Source: Octopus sinensis (lineage: Eukaryota). Taken from it: a stretch of 64,000 nucleotides of DNA. Positions 1 through 13,399 of the stretch are shown here, piece by piece (position 1 is the first letter of the stretch; each line of letters starts with the position of its first letter). The notes beneath the pieces are model-generated. The model did not search any database. It was given only the letters and a program-made list of their open reading frames with translations, and was not told where the DNA came from. The stretch spans positions 164,300,001 through 164,364,000 of the forward strand of contig NC_042997.1 of the NCBI RefSeq assembly GCF_006345805.1, given 5' to 3'. The position numbers and the translations under genes were made by a program.

Positions 1-369
1 AACCAAAATTTGAAACCTTTCTGACATTATTCTCCCTGCTTAATTTCATGGTGTCCTTATTTGCTTCCCACATTTTTTAATTCCTCTCAGGCTAATCCCT
101 TAGTTCTAATAATGTTACTCACATGCTTCATTATCCATAGACCATTTTTGTGATTGGCAACAGATTGTCTTTGAAGAATTCTCAGTTTTCTCTCATATAC
201 TTCTCTATTTCATTTTTTTGAATAGGTGACATCTTGTACAAATTAGAAATTTTACATAACAGGAGGCTTCCATATTTTCCTTACCTTAGATATCATTTCA
301 TGACCTGATGAAGGAATCCCTACTTAGTTACATGATTTGATAAAAATCGCAACGAAATTTCTTTTACAT

Positions 370-640
370 AGCACCCTACCTTCTTCTTCAAGTGCCTTCC
401 CTACAGGCAAAGGATCTCCATGCTTTACTATCCCTCAGACATCTCAACATATCATTGCGCATTGAGTCAGTCTTTCTGAAGCTAGCTCCTAAGCCACTGA
501 GCATCTCTTGTTTTTGTACTTTCCAGTTACTTCTTTTCATTTTCTTTGTTGTCACCAAATGCTCAAGGCTTCTTTTCCTTTTCTTGACATCCCAGTCAAC
601 TTTGTGTGTTGCCTCCTTATGTTGTTAAGAAACTTTCTGG
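370..640 (-). mobile_element. Possible RTE-like 3' end remnant
   Basis: ...RCLRDSKAWRSFAC* resembles the RTE C-terminal DR..WR motif. Confidence 0.35.
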
Positions 641-657
641 GATCTTTGCTTATTTAA

Positions 658-858
658 CTCTTTAGTATTTAAGCCAGCCATATCTGGCCAAAATATTCTA
701 CCTGTTTTATGTTCAAACTGGCCAGATATAACTTCATACACCTACCCAGCACAACCACATCATTGAAATATTGAAGCCATGAGACAACACATGATTAATT
801 TAAAGCAATATGAATAAATAAACATTATATTTAACAGAATAATCTGAAAACTAAAGGG
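658..858. mobile_element. piggyBac-like MITE (TTAA-flanked)
   Basis: TTAA|CTCTTTAG...CTAAAGGG|TTAA. Related partial copy at ~3690-3897; similar termini at ~63133-63342. Confidence 0.7.
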
Positions 859-2055
859 TTAAAGACCTTCTTATTTGTCATTCTGATCCGCAGAGGATAC
901 CTCTACCATTCGTTTAGTGAACCACGTCTCTGTAGAAATGATAAGCATTTATATCTTACTATCTTTAATAAAATAAAAGGAGAAACATAGATATTGGTTG
1001 GAATGCTTTTGATTATAGATCTGCTCAATCTAGGTTGAAATAGAGACTAAACAACAACGATATGCTATTTTATACTTTATCTTCCTCACTTTCAGCAGAT
1101 GTCACTAATTAGTAATCTATATTAAAGTAGCACAGTTCTCACAGGGCATGCTTTTGATACACATAGCCATGTCTTTTCTTGGGATAAAGTCACGTTTGCT
1201 CTTCCCCATCATAATCATCACCCCACTACCATCATCATCATCATCATCATTTAATATCAAGCTTCCATGCTGGTGTGGGATGGACAATTTGACAGGAGCT
1301 GGTAAGCCAAAGGACCAGGCTCTGTCTGTTTTAAGCATGGTTTTACAAGTAGATGCCCTTCCTAATACCAATCACTATATAGAATGGACTGGTTGCTTTT
1401 AGATAATGAATTGCTTTATGACACTGCAGGAACCTAGAGTCCAATCCTTTTACTTAGATGTAAAAATTCATCTGAGTAATGTCACAGTCATTCTAGATTC
1501 AAAAGTCTAGTTCTCTCATAAGTCCAACTCTAAGCATTGCTGAATAGTACTGCTTATATAGTCTTGCTAAATGGCCTTGCTAAATGGCTTGCACTAGCAC
1601 ATGGATCACATGACTGCCCATGTATGTCAAACTTTCCACAATAGGAATGTTACATCTCTCCTTTCTTTCTTTCATAACAGATAAGAGAAAATTCATAATG
1701 TTTGGGCATGGATTAGTTTTCAAACTCATCTGTTGCTGAAGATACCAGCTGCACACATTAAGGCCAGTTACACTTGTTGTATAACTCAAATGGATCCACA
1801 CATATCAAATATAAACACAAACTCAATGTAAACACAACCAAATTTGTGTTATGCAATCCAACAGTAGACATACAAAAGAAGTAGATGCATCCCAAACAGA
1901 GTCTCACAGACCAAATGTAGTCACAAAGTATGAAACAACCTAAATGGAGTTACATCCACCAATCCCCCATCTCCTCCTCAATGTTGTTGCTGCTGTGGCT
2001 GCCACAGCCACTGCCATCACCACTAACACTGGTGGAACACTGTATTGACTTATAA

Positions 2056-2276
2056 GGTGGCGAGCTGGCAGAAACGTTAGCATGCTGGGTGAAATGCTTA
2101 GCAGTATTTCATCTGTTGTTACGTTCTGAGTTCAAATTTCGCCATGGTCAACTTTACCTTTCATCCTTTCAGGGTTGATAAAATAAGTACCAGTTATGCA
2201 CTGGGGTCGATGCAATCGACTTAATCCCTTTGTTTGTCCCCTCTGTGTTTAGCCCCTTGTGGGCAATAAAGAAATA
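2056..2276 (+). mobile_element. tRNA-derived SINE family A
   Basis: Full-length homolog of 5909-6141. Confidence 0.9.
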
Positions 2277-2628
2277 AAATGTACAGGATAGCACGTTATG
2301 ATTCTATATTAAAATAACCAGTAATTAATATGTACATACCAATTGCCAAGAGGAATGTGTTTTACATGTAAAATTGGTATACTCAATTGTTACACCACTA
2401 TATTTGGTGGTTATTTAAGCAAGGTGTTCATGGATGGTTAGTGGGTTGGAAGTGGTGCTGAAGAAAGAACAAGAACTCCTGAAATATGCGTATCCACCCA
2501 TTATGCATTTTTCTATTTTTGATTGCATTATTTCCATAGATGCAGTAATAGTACATGAAACATCATAACTTCCATTGCTGAGTCTAGTTTCTACAGAAAA
2601 CCAGCAGAGATAATTGAAAGACACTTAC

Positions 2629-2672
2629 ATAACTTCTTGAAAACACATATTATTCAACATCTCTTGTTGCTT
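2629..2672 (-). CDS. Candidate small internal exon (KQQEMLNNMCFQEV), gene unknown
   Basis: Strong acceptor tttttttttatttttaag, donor gtaagt, one open frame. No partner exons established. Confidence 0.3.
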
Positions 2673-3996
2673 CTTAAAAATAAAAAAAAACATTGTACAA
2701 TGTAGTCTGGGACACATTATATCTGAAAACAAAGATGGGTTGGTCATGGCTGGAATGCCTTTGATCATAGGTCTTCTCAGTCAGTGCTGTCTTATAGCTA
2801 GAGAACAACAAAACAATCAAAATAAATCATGATGTTGAAATAATTTTGAGAAAGTGATGTATAGAGGTCCATGAAACTAAAATGGTTGCAGGACGCTGTC
2901 TACAGTGCATGATACTGCATCTAATATTCATATACTGTTTTGTGTGTGTGTGTGTGTGTGTTCGTGTGTGTGAATGTATGCATGTGTGCCTGTGTGTGTA
3001 TGTGCATGTATGTGTGTGTGTATCTGTGATTGTATATATGTAATGTGTGTGTATGTATGTATGTCTGTGTATGTGTGCATATATATATGCCTGTATGTAT
3101 GTATATGCATGTATGTACACATGTGTACATGTGCATGTATACGAGTATGTATGTATGTGTGTGTGTGTAGATGTATACAAGTGTGTGTATGCAAGTATGT
3201 GTGTGTATGATTATGTACACGTGTCTTTATTTCGTTGTCTATATTTTACCTATTTTCAACATTATATCTTTCTTTTCTTTTCAATATTCCTTAACCCATT
3301 TTGAGTTTATCTACGTTTTTTAGAGAGTGTCTAATGCAAATTACATTTCAGATAAATGACACATTGTACAGAATCTATATATTTTAAAAGAATTGCTACA
3401 AAAATACCAAATTCGTGATAGTACTATCATAAAATCTATTTAACCTAAATGTCATTATAAAATAAGAAAAAAATAAGCTAAAAAAATATTATTAATAAAC
3501 ACAAGAATGCATATGCTCACACGTAATATAGTCGCATATTATATAAGGATAGTGAGATGGATGGATAACAATGATTGATAACAAACAAGTCAGAGGATCT
3601 AATATTAAAGTGCTAGTACACACATCCCCTGTACTACTAATTTAGTATTAGAAAGCTTCTGAACAGATGTGATGCCAGAGTTGGAATGCTCTAATCATAT
3701 CCAGCCAAAATATTCTGCCTCTTTTATGTTCAAACTGGCCAAGTCCAACATTTCACACTTGCCCTACAATGTCATTCTAGAGCTAAACAATTGCATCATC
3801 AAAATCTTGAAGCCAGAAGATAATGCATGGTTAATTCAAAACAATGTGAATACATAAGCATTACATTTGATAGAGTAATCTGAATGCTAAAGGGTTGAAA
3901 CAAAGGGAATGGTTACAGATAGAATGCTGGGAAGTCAATGCTGGAGTGCTTTTTAATATAGACATGATGGAAACCTGTCTACCACAGCAGAATTGA

Positions 3997-4880
3997 TACT
4001 GGTACTAGTGTCATATATAAAGCACTGGTGCTGGTGTCACCTACAAAGCACTTGTCATGGTGCTATGTAAAAAGCACTGGTGATGGTGCCACATAAAAAG
4101 CACTGGTACTGGTACTGGCACTATGTAAAAAGCACTGGTGCTGGTGCCATGTAACGAGCACTGGTGCTGGTGCCATGTAAAGAGCACTGGTGCTGGTGTC
4201 ACCTAAAAATACACTGATGATGGTGTCACATAAAAAACACTGGTGCTGGTGCCATGTAAAAAGCACTGGTGCTGCTTCCATGTAAAAAGCACTGGTGTTA
4301 GTGTTACATAAAAAGCAGTGGTGTTAGTGCCACATAAAAAGCACTGGTGATGGTGCTATATAAAAAGCACTGATGCTGGTACCATGTAAAAAGCACTAGA
4401 GCTGGTGCCACCTAAAAACACTGGTGCTCATGTCACACAAAAATCACTGGTGTTGGTGCCATGTAATAGTACCGATTCTGGTGCCACATAAAAAGCACTG
4501 ATACTGGCACTGGCACTATGTAAAGAGCGCTGGTGTTGGTGTCACCTAAAAAAACACTGATGATGGTGTCACATAAAAAGCACTGGTGCTGGTGCCATAT
4601 AAAATGCATTGGTGCTGGTGCCATGTAAAAAGCACTGGTGCTAGTGTCACATAAAAAAATTGGTGCTGGTGTCAAATAAAAAGCACTGATGATGGTGCCA
4701 TGTAAAAAGCACCCAGTGTACTCTGTAAAGTGGTTGGCATTAGGAAGGGCATCCAGCTATAGAAACCATGCAAGAACAGACAATAGAACCTGGTGCAGCC
4801 CCTAGCAGAACCAGCTCCTGTCAAATTGTCCAGCCCCAGCCAGCATGAAGTATGGATGTTAAATATTGATGAGGATGATG
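3997..4880 (+). repeat. ~26-bp minisatellite (~27 units) running into an RTE-tailed SINE core
   Basis: Unit actggtgctggtgccatgtaaaaagc from 3997 to 4711, then acccagtgtactctgtaaagtggttggcattaggaagggcatcc and a gat tail. Confidence 0.9.
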
Positions 4881-5148
4881 ATCATGGTTGGAACACTTTT
4901 AAAATGGACAGGATGGTTGAATTTGGAATGATGTTTTTAATGCAGGTCAAATTGTCATGGTTGGAGCACTTTAAGAGGTTGGACTGGATGGTCACAGCTG
5001 GAATGTTTTTAATACTGATAGGATGTCATGGCTGGAATGCTTCCAAAAAGGATGAATTGTCAAAGATAGAATGCTTTTAAACAATGCAGTCATAGTTGGA
5101 GCACTATATAAAAAAAGTTAGAATGATCAAGGTTGAAATGCTTTTCAC
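4880..5148 (+). repeat. Degenerate ~35-bp tandem repeat (~8 units)
   Basis: Recurring gtcatggytggaatgcttt motif, also present as single copies in a dispersed repeat at ~2745, ~56200 and ~63910. Confidence 0.65.
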
Positions 5149-5908
5149 ACAGACCAGGAGGTTTGGGTTGTATTCAAGAATATCTTGCTTAAGTTCCATA
5201 ACATGAATGCTATTTTCCCATTTACCACCATGTTACAGAAGATAGAAATCAATAGGAAAATAGGTTTCATATTACTGAATTCTACATTAAGGCATAATTT
5301 TCTAGAGTGCAATACTTCCATAATGTACAGAATGTATAATATAATTTCTTTCAAAGATAAATCCCTAAAGTAAATCATTTAGAATTATAATCACCACAGA
5401 GCTCAGTCTTTGTTGCAGCATGGTAGCTTATATACCTCATAAACCCTGAGAGTGGCTAATATGATTAGGGGTGACATCCACAATGGAAAACCCATAGTCA
5501 AGATAGGGTTACCACATTTAATGTAGGGAACATCAACAAGCTAATTATGTGACTAGTTAATGATTAATACTTTTTAATAATGTCCTGTTGCTTAGAGCTT
5601 TTGTCAGTTTTGTAGAAAGACAATTTGGAATAAAAATATTTTACTTGATAAACAATTAAGTGTTGGCAACTAAAAGGGCATTCAGTCATGGAATATTGTC
5701 ACAATAAATCTTGTCCAACCCATACCAGCATGGAAAAAGTGGGTTTAAAAACAATGGTGAGGATGGTGGTGATGGTGGTGATGACGACAATGATGCCGAT
5801 GACGATGATGATGCCCAGAATTGCCCCATTCCATATGTACCAGCATAATTAAAATAATATTAGTTATTGACCAAGGTTGTTTCAGTTGCTGACCAATATT
5901 ATTCACTG

Positions 5909-6141
5909 AAGGCAGCGAGCTGGTAGAAACGTTAGCATGCCGGGCGGAATTCGTAGCCGTATTTCGTCTGTCGTTGTGTTCCGAGTTCAAATTCCGCCAA
6001 GGTCGACTTTGCCTTTCATCCTTTCAGGGTCGATAAATTAAGTACCAGTTACGCACTGGAGTCGATGTAATCGACTTAATCCCTTTGTCTGTCTTTGTTT
6101 GTCCCCTCCGTGTTTAGCCCCTTGTGGGTAGTAAAGAAATA
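5909..6141 (+). mobile_element. tRNA-derived SINE family A with 14-bp target-site duplication
   Basis: ggc(a/g)gcgagctgg A-box-like start, GAGTTCAAATTCC B-box, end aaagaaata. TSD aatatt(a/c)ttcactg at 5895-5908 and 6142-6155. Confidence 0.9.
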
Positions 6142-6689
6142 AATATTCTTCACTGCATAATTATTTTCTATTATTGAGTCCAGACGAGGGGAGCAACTTT
6201 GACTGACACAATGTCCTTTCTATTAGCAGAAGTAGAACATCAACTGGTTATTACTCCTCCCTTTAAAGACTCCTTTGGACAGACTGCCAGTCTGCCACAT
6301 AGTTAACCTCCACCATTCTGTGGGTATCAGCAATGTAAAATTAAGTGCCTTGTCCAAGGACATGTTATATTTCTTGGTCAATGAATTAAGCCTACAATCT
6401 TAAGATCATGCACCCAACATCCAAACCAGTGGTCCACCTATCTTCACTATTACTTATAACCTTATAAGGCTCATTTCATTGACTAAGTTGACCATCATCT
6501 TCCTCATCAGCATCAGTTAATCCCCATTTTCCATGCTGGCATGGGTTAGACAGTTTGACTGGGACTGGTAAGCCAGAGAGCTGAACCAGGTCCCATTGTT
6601 TTTAGCTTAGTTTCTACAGCTGGATGCCCTTCATAACACCAATAACTTTATAGAGCATACTGGGTGTTTTTTAGCAGCATATAGGTGCA

Positions 6690-7086
6690 GGAGTGGCTGT
6701 GTGGTAAGTAGCTTGCTTACTAACCACATGGTTCTGGGTTCATTCCCACTGCGTGGCACCTTGGGCAAGTGTCTTCTACTATAGCCTCAGGCTGACCAAA
6801 GCCTTGTGAGTGGATTTGGTAGACGGAAACTGAAAGAAGCCTTCATATTATATATGTATATATATGTGTGTGTGTATGTTTGTGTGTCTGTGTTTGTTGC
6901 CCCAACATCGCTTGACAACCAATGGTGGTGTGTTTGCATCCCCATAACTTAGCAGTTCGGCAAGAGACCAATAGAATAAGTAGTAGACTTACAAAGAATA
7001 AGTTCTGGGGTCGATTTGCTTGACTAAAGGCGGTGCCCCAGCATGGCCGCAGTCAAATGACTGGAACAAGTAAAAGAGTAAAAGAG
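6690..7086 (+). mobile_element. tRNA-derived SINE family B with internal microsatellite, nested in an RTE-tailed SINE
   Basis: ggagtggctgtgtgg...gggttcattccc head and agtaaaagag tail; gcata(ta)ggtgc duplicated on the flanks. Other copies or fragments at 11130-11250(-), 39300-39490 with 40045-40250, 42768-42932(-), 49155-49500, 56640-56910 and 58625-58715(-). Confidence 0.88.
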
Positions 7087-7479
7087 CATAGGTGCCTTTT
7101 ACATGTCACTAGTACAGATGCCTTTTACATGTCCTCAACATGGGTAATGATCACAATTCACTTAGCTTGATGTATATTACCAATATGATGCAATATTTTT
7201 GAATTGCTACTACTCTGTTGAAGGGTTACTTCCTGTAACATTGCTTTTTATGAGATATTCACAAAGCAGTAAATCAATTTCTCCTCAACTGGAGGTTTTC
7301 CCATTGACATTATTCTCCAGTTCAGTAGCACAGGACAATGAAAACTTGATCAGTTTTATGTATCTCCAGCTGCTTACACCACTAGTTCCTGTTGGAAGGT
7401 GGTGGTTTATGTACTTCAATGAACCTAACAGCTATGTCAGTGGAGCACATGCTCCTGGTAGGGCCTCCTATTTTGAATA

Positions 7480-7785
7480 GCTCGAAGAATTGAGGCCAGA
7501 TTAATAGGAATCACTTCTTCCTAAAGGTAAAAGAAAGGGATTTGTGAAGTGCCAACACCCCTACCAAAGTAAAAAGCAAAATTACAGAAGCATTAACAAT
7601 TCAAAACCAACATGACCTGGGAGAGGAAGGTCTACCACCAGGGGAAATTTATGCAGGAGACAGATGCAGAGCTGAGAAAGCAGGGATCCAGATAGAGAGA
7701 AGCAGAAAAGATAGCCAGAAGTGAAGAAGAATGGAAAAAAGTTATTGATAGCTTATTCTCCACCAAGAGTGAAGGGCTTAAATAG
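7480..7785 (+). mobile_element. RTE-like LINE 3' end remnant
   Basis: ...ETDAELRKQG..REAEKIARSEEEWKKVIDSLFSTKSEGLK* resembles RTE C-termini. Confidence 0.55.
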
Positions 7786-10329
7786 TTAAAGTAATACTGC
7801 ATTGAACTATAACAACCTGTGGTGTCTATATAATTATTTGTGGAGAACTGAGTATCTTGATTATAGTCATAATATATTTGTGGTAAGAAGATTCAAATTA
7901 CTGGCTTTTCTTTTGTTTGACCAGTGCTCTCTCTATATTCCTCAAGCCTCTTACCGCAACCAAAGCTAAATAATCTACATTGCAATGGGGAAATATAGCA
8001 TATCTGATCATCCACATGAAATGTGATTATATGGCTTGCATGGTACAATAAATCTGAGAGTGATGCCGTCTAGAAATTATTAAACTTGTTAGGGTTCCTG
8101 TAAGAGACTCCAGACTTAACATGACCATTTTCACTTCATGACCCCAGCAAATAGATACCAGTCGAAAATAGTGGTTAATCTGAATAACATTTGAACTGGT
8201 AAAGGAGGGCAATGCCATATTGAATGGTTAAGAAGGCACCACTTGAGTCTGCATCTGTATCAACAGCAGTTCATTGCAATTTTATCACCTGTGCCACAGA
8301 GAATGGTCCTGAAACCAAAATGAGTGGGTTGCCCTCTGGCAAGTACAGATCTACTGTAGATAAATCTATGCCCTTGGCATTTCTTTTTGCTCATATTTCC
8401 TTTAACAGAGAGAAATTGAAATCCTCAGACCCAAGAAGCCACTGACAATATATTAATGCAGGGCCTTGGGAGAAAGTCAAAGAAAGGAATAAATACGTAG
8501 TACATCTTTTGATAGAGGAAAGCTGAGAATAACAGAATGTTCTACCACTTGATTGTTCTTGTAAATATAATATTTCCTCCGTACATGTTGTTTTCATAAT
8601 ATACTGCTAAAATATGGAAATTCCTGCAAATATTTTGTTAGAAGATGCAATTAACCACACAGATGATAAATTTTACATAAGGAAATTCGGTCTGTAATAT
8701 TCCAGGTTAAAAGATCAACAGATGAAATAAGAATAGCTACGAGTCACTTTCTCTTGTGCTGCGTATTCTTTTTTCCTTCTTCTCTCCTTTGAAAATAACC
8801 AATGGAATAACTGAATTCTGATTACACAAATGCCAACATACATTTCTAAAAGTCTTTCGTTCCCTCTATTTTCTGCTGCCAATTGTTCCAAACAAAATTA
8901 TATGTGAGAAACTATAAACAAATAACAGTTTACAATATCTATTCAATAGGAAAAAAAAATCGTCAACTTTCCGGTAGTGTTCATTTTTGTCAGACCAGAA
9001 AGCTGTTCTATTTTATGCAACGTAACTTGATGCAACAGCTAACCGTACTTTTGTGTTTGTTTTTATTTTGCACTTGTATTGTCCTTTTTGTCATTGATTT
9101 TTCAACATATATTTTTGTTGCTTGTTGATGCTATTGATTTTTCTTGTTATTGTTACTGTTTACTTAATCATATAAATGAAAATTTCTTGAGTTTGTTCAT
9201 GTATGTTGTTGTGTTTAGATTTTTTCATATTAATGTTTTTAATGTCATTACACTTTTAGTTTATTATTTACTTTGTTGTCATTATTGTGCTGTTATTTAT
9301 TTTGTTTTTACAGATTTCTCTTTGATAAGTTCTCTTTTTCTTTTTTCTTTATTATTTTTTCGTTAGCTGGAGCTATTGGCAAGTTCTCCTAGCAAACATC
9401 ACCCAGTTCTTCTTCCTTGCAATGCTATTCATAGATGAGTTGATGAATATTTGATATTATTTATCATTTTCATGCACATTTTTACACCCATTTATCTGTG
9501 ACAATATGGGGTTACAATTCTCTTTAAAACTATCTCACTTATATTGTGTGTTTTCTTCATTGACAGAAAGAGAATGGGCCACTATTTTCTGTTTTTTTAA
9601 TGTAATATTCTATATGTTGTTTAAAGTAGTACCATTACAGAAAGACTAGGAAAGGAGTAAATAAGTTACGTGTGTGTGGTGTGTGTGTGCGTGCACGCAC
9701 GTGTTTGTGTGTTATAGGAGGATCCGAATTACATTCTTCATTAAATTCAGTTGGCTTAGATTCGTTCGAAATATTTCTATCCATGAAGTCTCCAGTCTTT
9801 CTAAAACTTACTCAGAAAAGTTTTTTTCTGCGCCATTGTCACTATCCATTCTCTTTAAGAATTCACTGTTTTCCAAAGAATGTCTCATATCAAAAGCTCT
9901 TCTGTAGCTCCATGCTGTGGATGGTAAACTCACCATCTTACACGAAAGAATTGTTTAAAAAATACTGTTGTTGTAAGTTCAGATTTTTGTCAACCATTCT
10001 TCTTAACATGTTTAATGAATTGAGCTACAACAAAATATTGGGTTAAATATCTAAAACTCTTCTTATCTATATACTTTTTTTGCTATAGGTTTGCTCAATG
10101 CTAATTGTTGAAATTAGACACAATAAACAACAACAATAACAGTAAGCCAGCAAAGGAGCCTCTATATTGTCTTTTGAGCTGCTAGAAATGGCATCCTAAT
10201 CTCCTTAATATAACATTCAATAGGCTGTTACAAAAAAAAAAAAGAAATACATTACATATTTGTGGTGCTTGTTTATGACTAGCCTGTGATGTCAAGATAA
10301 GGTCACACACATACATTCATATATATATA

Positions 10330-10650
10330 TCATCATCATCATCGTTTAGCGTCCGTTTTCCATGCTAGCATGGGTTGGACGGTTCAACTGGGGTCTGTGA
10401 AGCCGGAAGGCTTCATCAGGCCTAGTCAGATCTGGCAGTGTTTCTACGGCTGGATGCCCTTCCTAACGCCAACCACTCCGTGAGTGTAGTGGGTGCTTTT
10501 TACGTGCCACCCGCACAGGTGCCAGACAGAGCTGGCAAACGGCCACGAACGGATGGTGCTTTTTATGTGCCACCGGCACGGGGGCCAGGCGAGGCTGGCA
10601 ACGGATGGTGCTTTTTATGTGCCACCGGCACGAGGCCAGTCGGGGCGGCG
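10330..10650 (-). mobile_element. RTE-tailed SINE with 5' monomers
   Basis: Same core and tail. Other copies at 1226-1400(-), 5660-5760(+), 6497-6680(-), 15752-15985(-), 35615-35780(-), 39680-40040(+), 42040-42360(+), 48760-49000(+), 50565-50667(+) and 53215-53345(-). Confidence 0.88.
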
Positions 10651-10686
10651 CTATATATATATATGTATATATATATAATAAATCTC

Positions 10687-10805
10687 TCGTGAAGTATATT
10701 ACCACTTAAATGTGGCTAACCCTTAAAGGTGGATGCTACAAGCTACAGTAGCATCCACCCTTAAGGGCTAGCCACATTTAAGTGGTAAATATACTTCACG
10801 ATATA

Positions 10806-10850
<45 letters not shown>

Positions 10851-10918
10851 CAAATAAAATCAAAAACAGAACACAAAGGATACCGCGACATCCCTTGTGT
10901 TCTGTTTTTGATTTTATT
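10687..10918. repeat. Two hairpins (53-bp and 27-bp arms) separated by (TA)n
   Basis: 10687-10739 / 10748-10801 and 10852-10878 / 10892-10918. Confidence 0.85.
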
Positions 10919-11449
10919 TTATATATTCCCTCTTACCTCTGCCACTAGCTGGCGTATACAGGTGCTTACACTTATCAAGTATTCACCCTAAATTTGCAGT
11001 ATATATATATATATATGTATAAAAACATATATCCCCTCTTCCCCACCATTCCCATCTCAGATCTTTTCCTCATGCAGCTGTGAAACCTCCACTCACTCAC
11101 ACTTCTCATTCCTCTGTTCCCACTTGCATGAATTTGGTCAGCCTAATCTATTGAAAAGAACGCTTAGTTAAGGTGCCGCACAATGGGACTGAACTTGAAA
11201 CCATGTGTTTGTGAAGTGAGCTTCTTAATCATACTGCTGTGCTTCCACCTACTTATGTATTCATATATATATTCTCACATGCATACACGCATGTACACAC
11301 ACACACACATGTGTATGTATGTATGCGTGTATATTTAGCTCTCAGAAAATTGTCTTACATGAACTGCCAGTTTCTTATATCTTTTCTTCCCTCTTATCAT
11401 ATGCATCAGTTAATACCACTTTGAATCTATGACCAGCAGAGATTTCTCT

Positions 11450-12210
11450 GAATTTCCAGTTCTTTCCTTTCCCACTCAATTTCTATCTCTATGTCAGAAT
11501 AGCTCATATTTTGAAGTCACTAACTACTAATCTGCATTTGGTAATACATTCTTCACCTGGGAAGGATTTGGCATTTATAATCATCTGCCAATCTCACTTC
11601 TTGGGGAGAATAAAATCTATCTGGCATGTGTGCTCTCCTTGTTAGTATTTGGAGTAGGAGATTTTCTAAAGTTTGTGCTGTAGATTAGGAGATCATTTGC
11701 TACATCCTTGCTCATTTCTTTTACAGTATCCCAAGCCAACACACACTTCAGAGAAGCTATCAAAGTATTCTCCAACAAGGCCATTTAAATTGAAAGCTAT
11801 GATAATGAAGCTACTGTCATCTGTTATTAGAGTAGTTTACAGAAGAGTATCATAAAAATAGTCCTTCTGTTCAATCACAAGCTCTGAATATGGTGTATAT
11901 GTGGAAATAATAATCACTGGAGTTTTGTCTACGACTAGTCTAAACTTTAAAATTCTGTCAGATGATCTGATTACCTCAGTTATCTTATGTAATCTTTTTT
12001 CTGCTAAGAGAATGCCATCCCACTCTTTCCAGTTCTCTTACTAACCCAGCAGAATTTGTACACCTGTTTCAATCTGGCTGAGGATTCTGTCCACCTTAGC
12101 TCTTGCACGCAGCAAATATCCACTCTTCAATACTTTTACATTTCTACAATCTCACCTGACTTATCTACATAGTGCCAATGTTAGAAGTAGCCAACCTAAA
12201 GTTTTGAGTC
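11450..12210 (-). mobile_element. RTE-clade APE endonuclease remnant
   Basis: RLATSNIGTM (12165-12200), IRSSDRILKFRLVV, IISTYTPY, and a QIDFIL-like motif near 11620; interrupted by stops. Confidence 0.75.
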
Positions 12211-12249
12211 TTACAGAGTTGAAGTGGGGTTTCTGATGTGCAGTTCCTC

Positions 12250-12775
12250 ATGTATGTATGTATGTATGTATGTATGTATGTATGTATGTATGTATGTATG
12301 TATGTATGTATGTATGTATGTATGTATGTATGTATGTATGTATGTATGTATGTATGTATGTATGTATGTATGTATGTATGTATGTATGTATGTATGTATG
12401 TTGTATGTATGTATGTATGTATGTATGTTATGTATGTATGTATGTATGTATGTATGTATGTATGTATGTATGTATGTATGTATGTATGTATGTATGTATG
12501 TATATGTATGTATGTATGTATGTATGTAGTATGTATGTATGTATGTATGTATGTATGTATGTATGTATGTTGTATGTATGTATGTATGTATGTATGTATG
12601 TATGTATGTAGTATGTATGTATGTAGGTATGTATGTATGTAGTATGTATGTATGTATGTATGTATGTATGTATGTATGTATGTATGGTATGTATGTATGT
12701 ATGTATGTATGTATGTAGGTAGGTAGGTAGTAGGTAGGTAGGTAGGTATGCATGCATGCATGCATGCATGCATGT
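12250..12775. repeat. (TATG)n microsatellite of ~520 bp, grading into (TAGG)n and (TGCA)n
   Basis: Direct inspection. Similar tracts at 2940-3210, 24401-24625, 29403-29538, 29935-30303, 38460-38870, 40680-40975, 46735-46806, 53360-53560 and 54840-55430. Confidence 0.97.
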
Positions 12776-13399
12776 TGTGTGTGTAACTTTTGGTGTACAT
12801 TTTTCTTACTCATAAAACAGAAATACAATTGTTACTATACTACAGGAGCATAACTATGTAGCATTTCAATAGTTAAGTGTTTCATACAATATTGACTAAT
12901 TAAGCTATATATTTAACATACATTTTATTGATGTTTAAGTCTTTGATAAATATTTGATAGTTGGAATATCTAACAATTATGCATAGTATTTAAACGCAAG
13001 ACCTTGTATTTAGCTACTAAATTCTCAGATGTGACTTTTAAGCTTAGTTACAAACTGTTCATTTAACTAATCTATAATCTATCAGAAGAGTTTTAAGAAT
13101 TCCTTTAGCAACCACTGTTTTTTCATCCACTCCTATTTTGTTTTTTTATTCTCTTACAACAGAATAAAGGATTGTTCTGTTGATCAGTTCAGTCATTAAC
13201 ACTGTTCCTCTTGAATGGTTTTCTTTTCTGATTACTTCATCCCAAAATACATTTGACAGATTCTTGTAATATCATTCTGGATAGAAAGTTATGTTGCAAA
13301 ATGTAAACATATCAGTTAAGCTTGTTTAGCAAGAAAGGATTCTGGAAGGAGTCCTGTTTGCGAGTAAGTGCAGTAAATTATTTTACAAAATTGTTAACT

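Noticed and set aside
296-365. CTGATGA followed distantly by CGAAA; similar isolated boxes at 35390, 39174, 43260 and 63790
   Set aside because: Stems I-III do not form in register.
2056-2140. tRNA gene at SINE heads
   Set aside because: A/B-box-like motifs only; no complete cloverleaf, and each continues into a SINE body.
12165-12828. Long ORFs of 100-280 aa here and at 24314-24739, 26234-27272, 29746-30443, 40202-41154 and 54786-55484
   Set aside because: Translations of (TATG)n/(TA)n/(CA)n microsatellites that lack stop codons; not genes.
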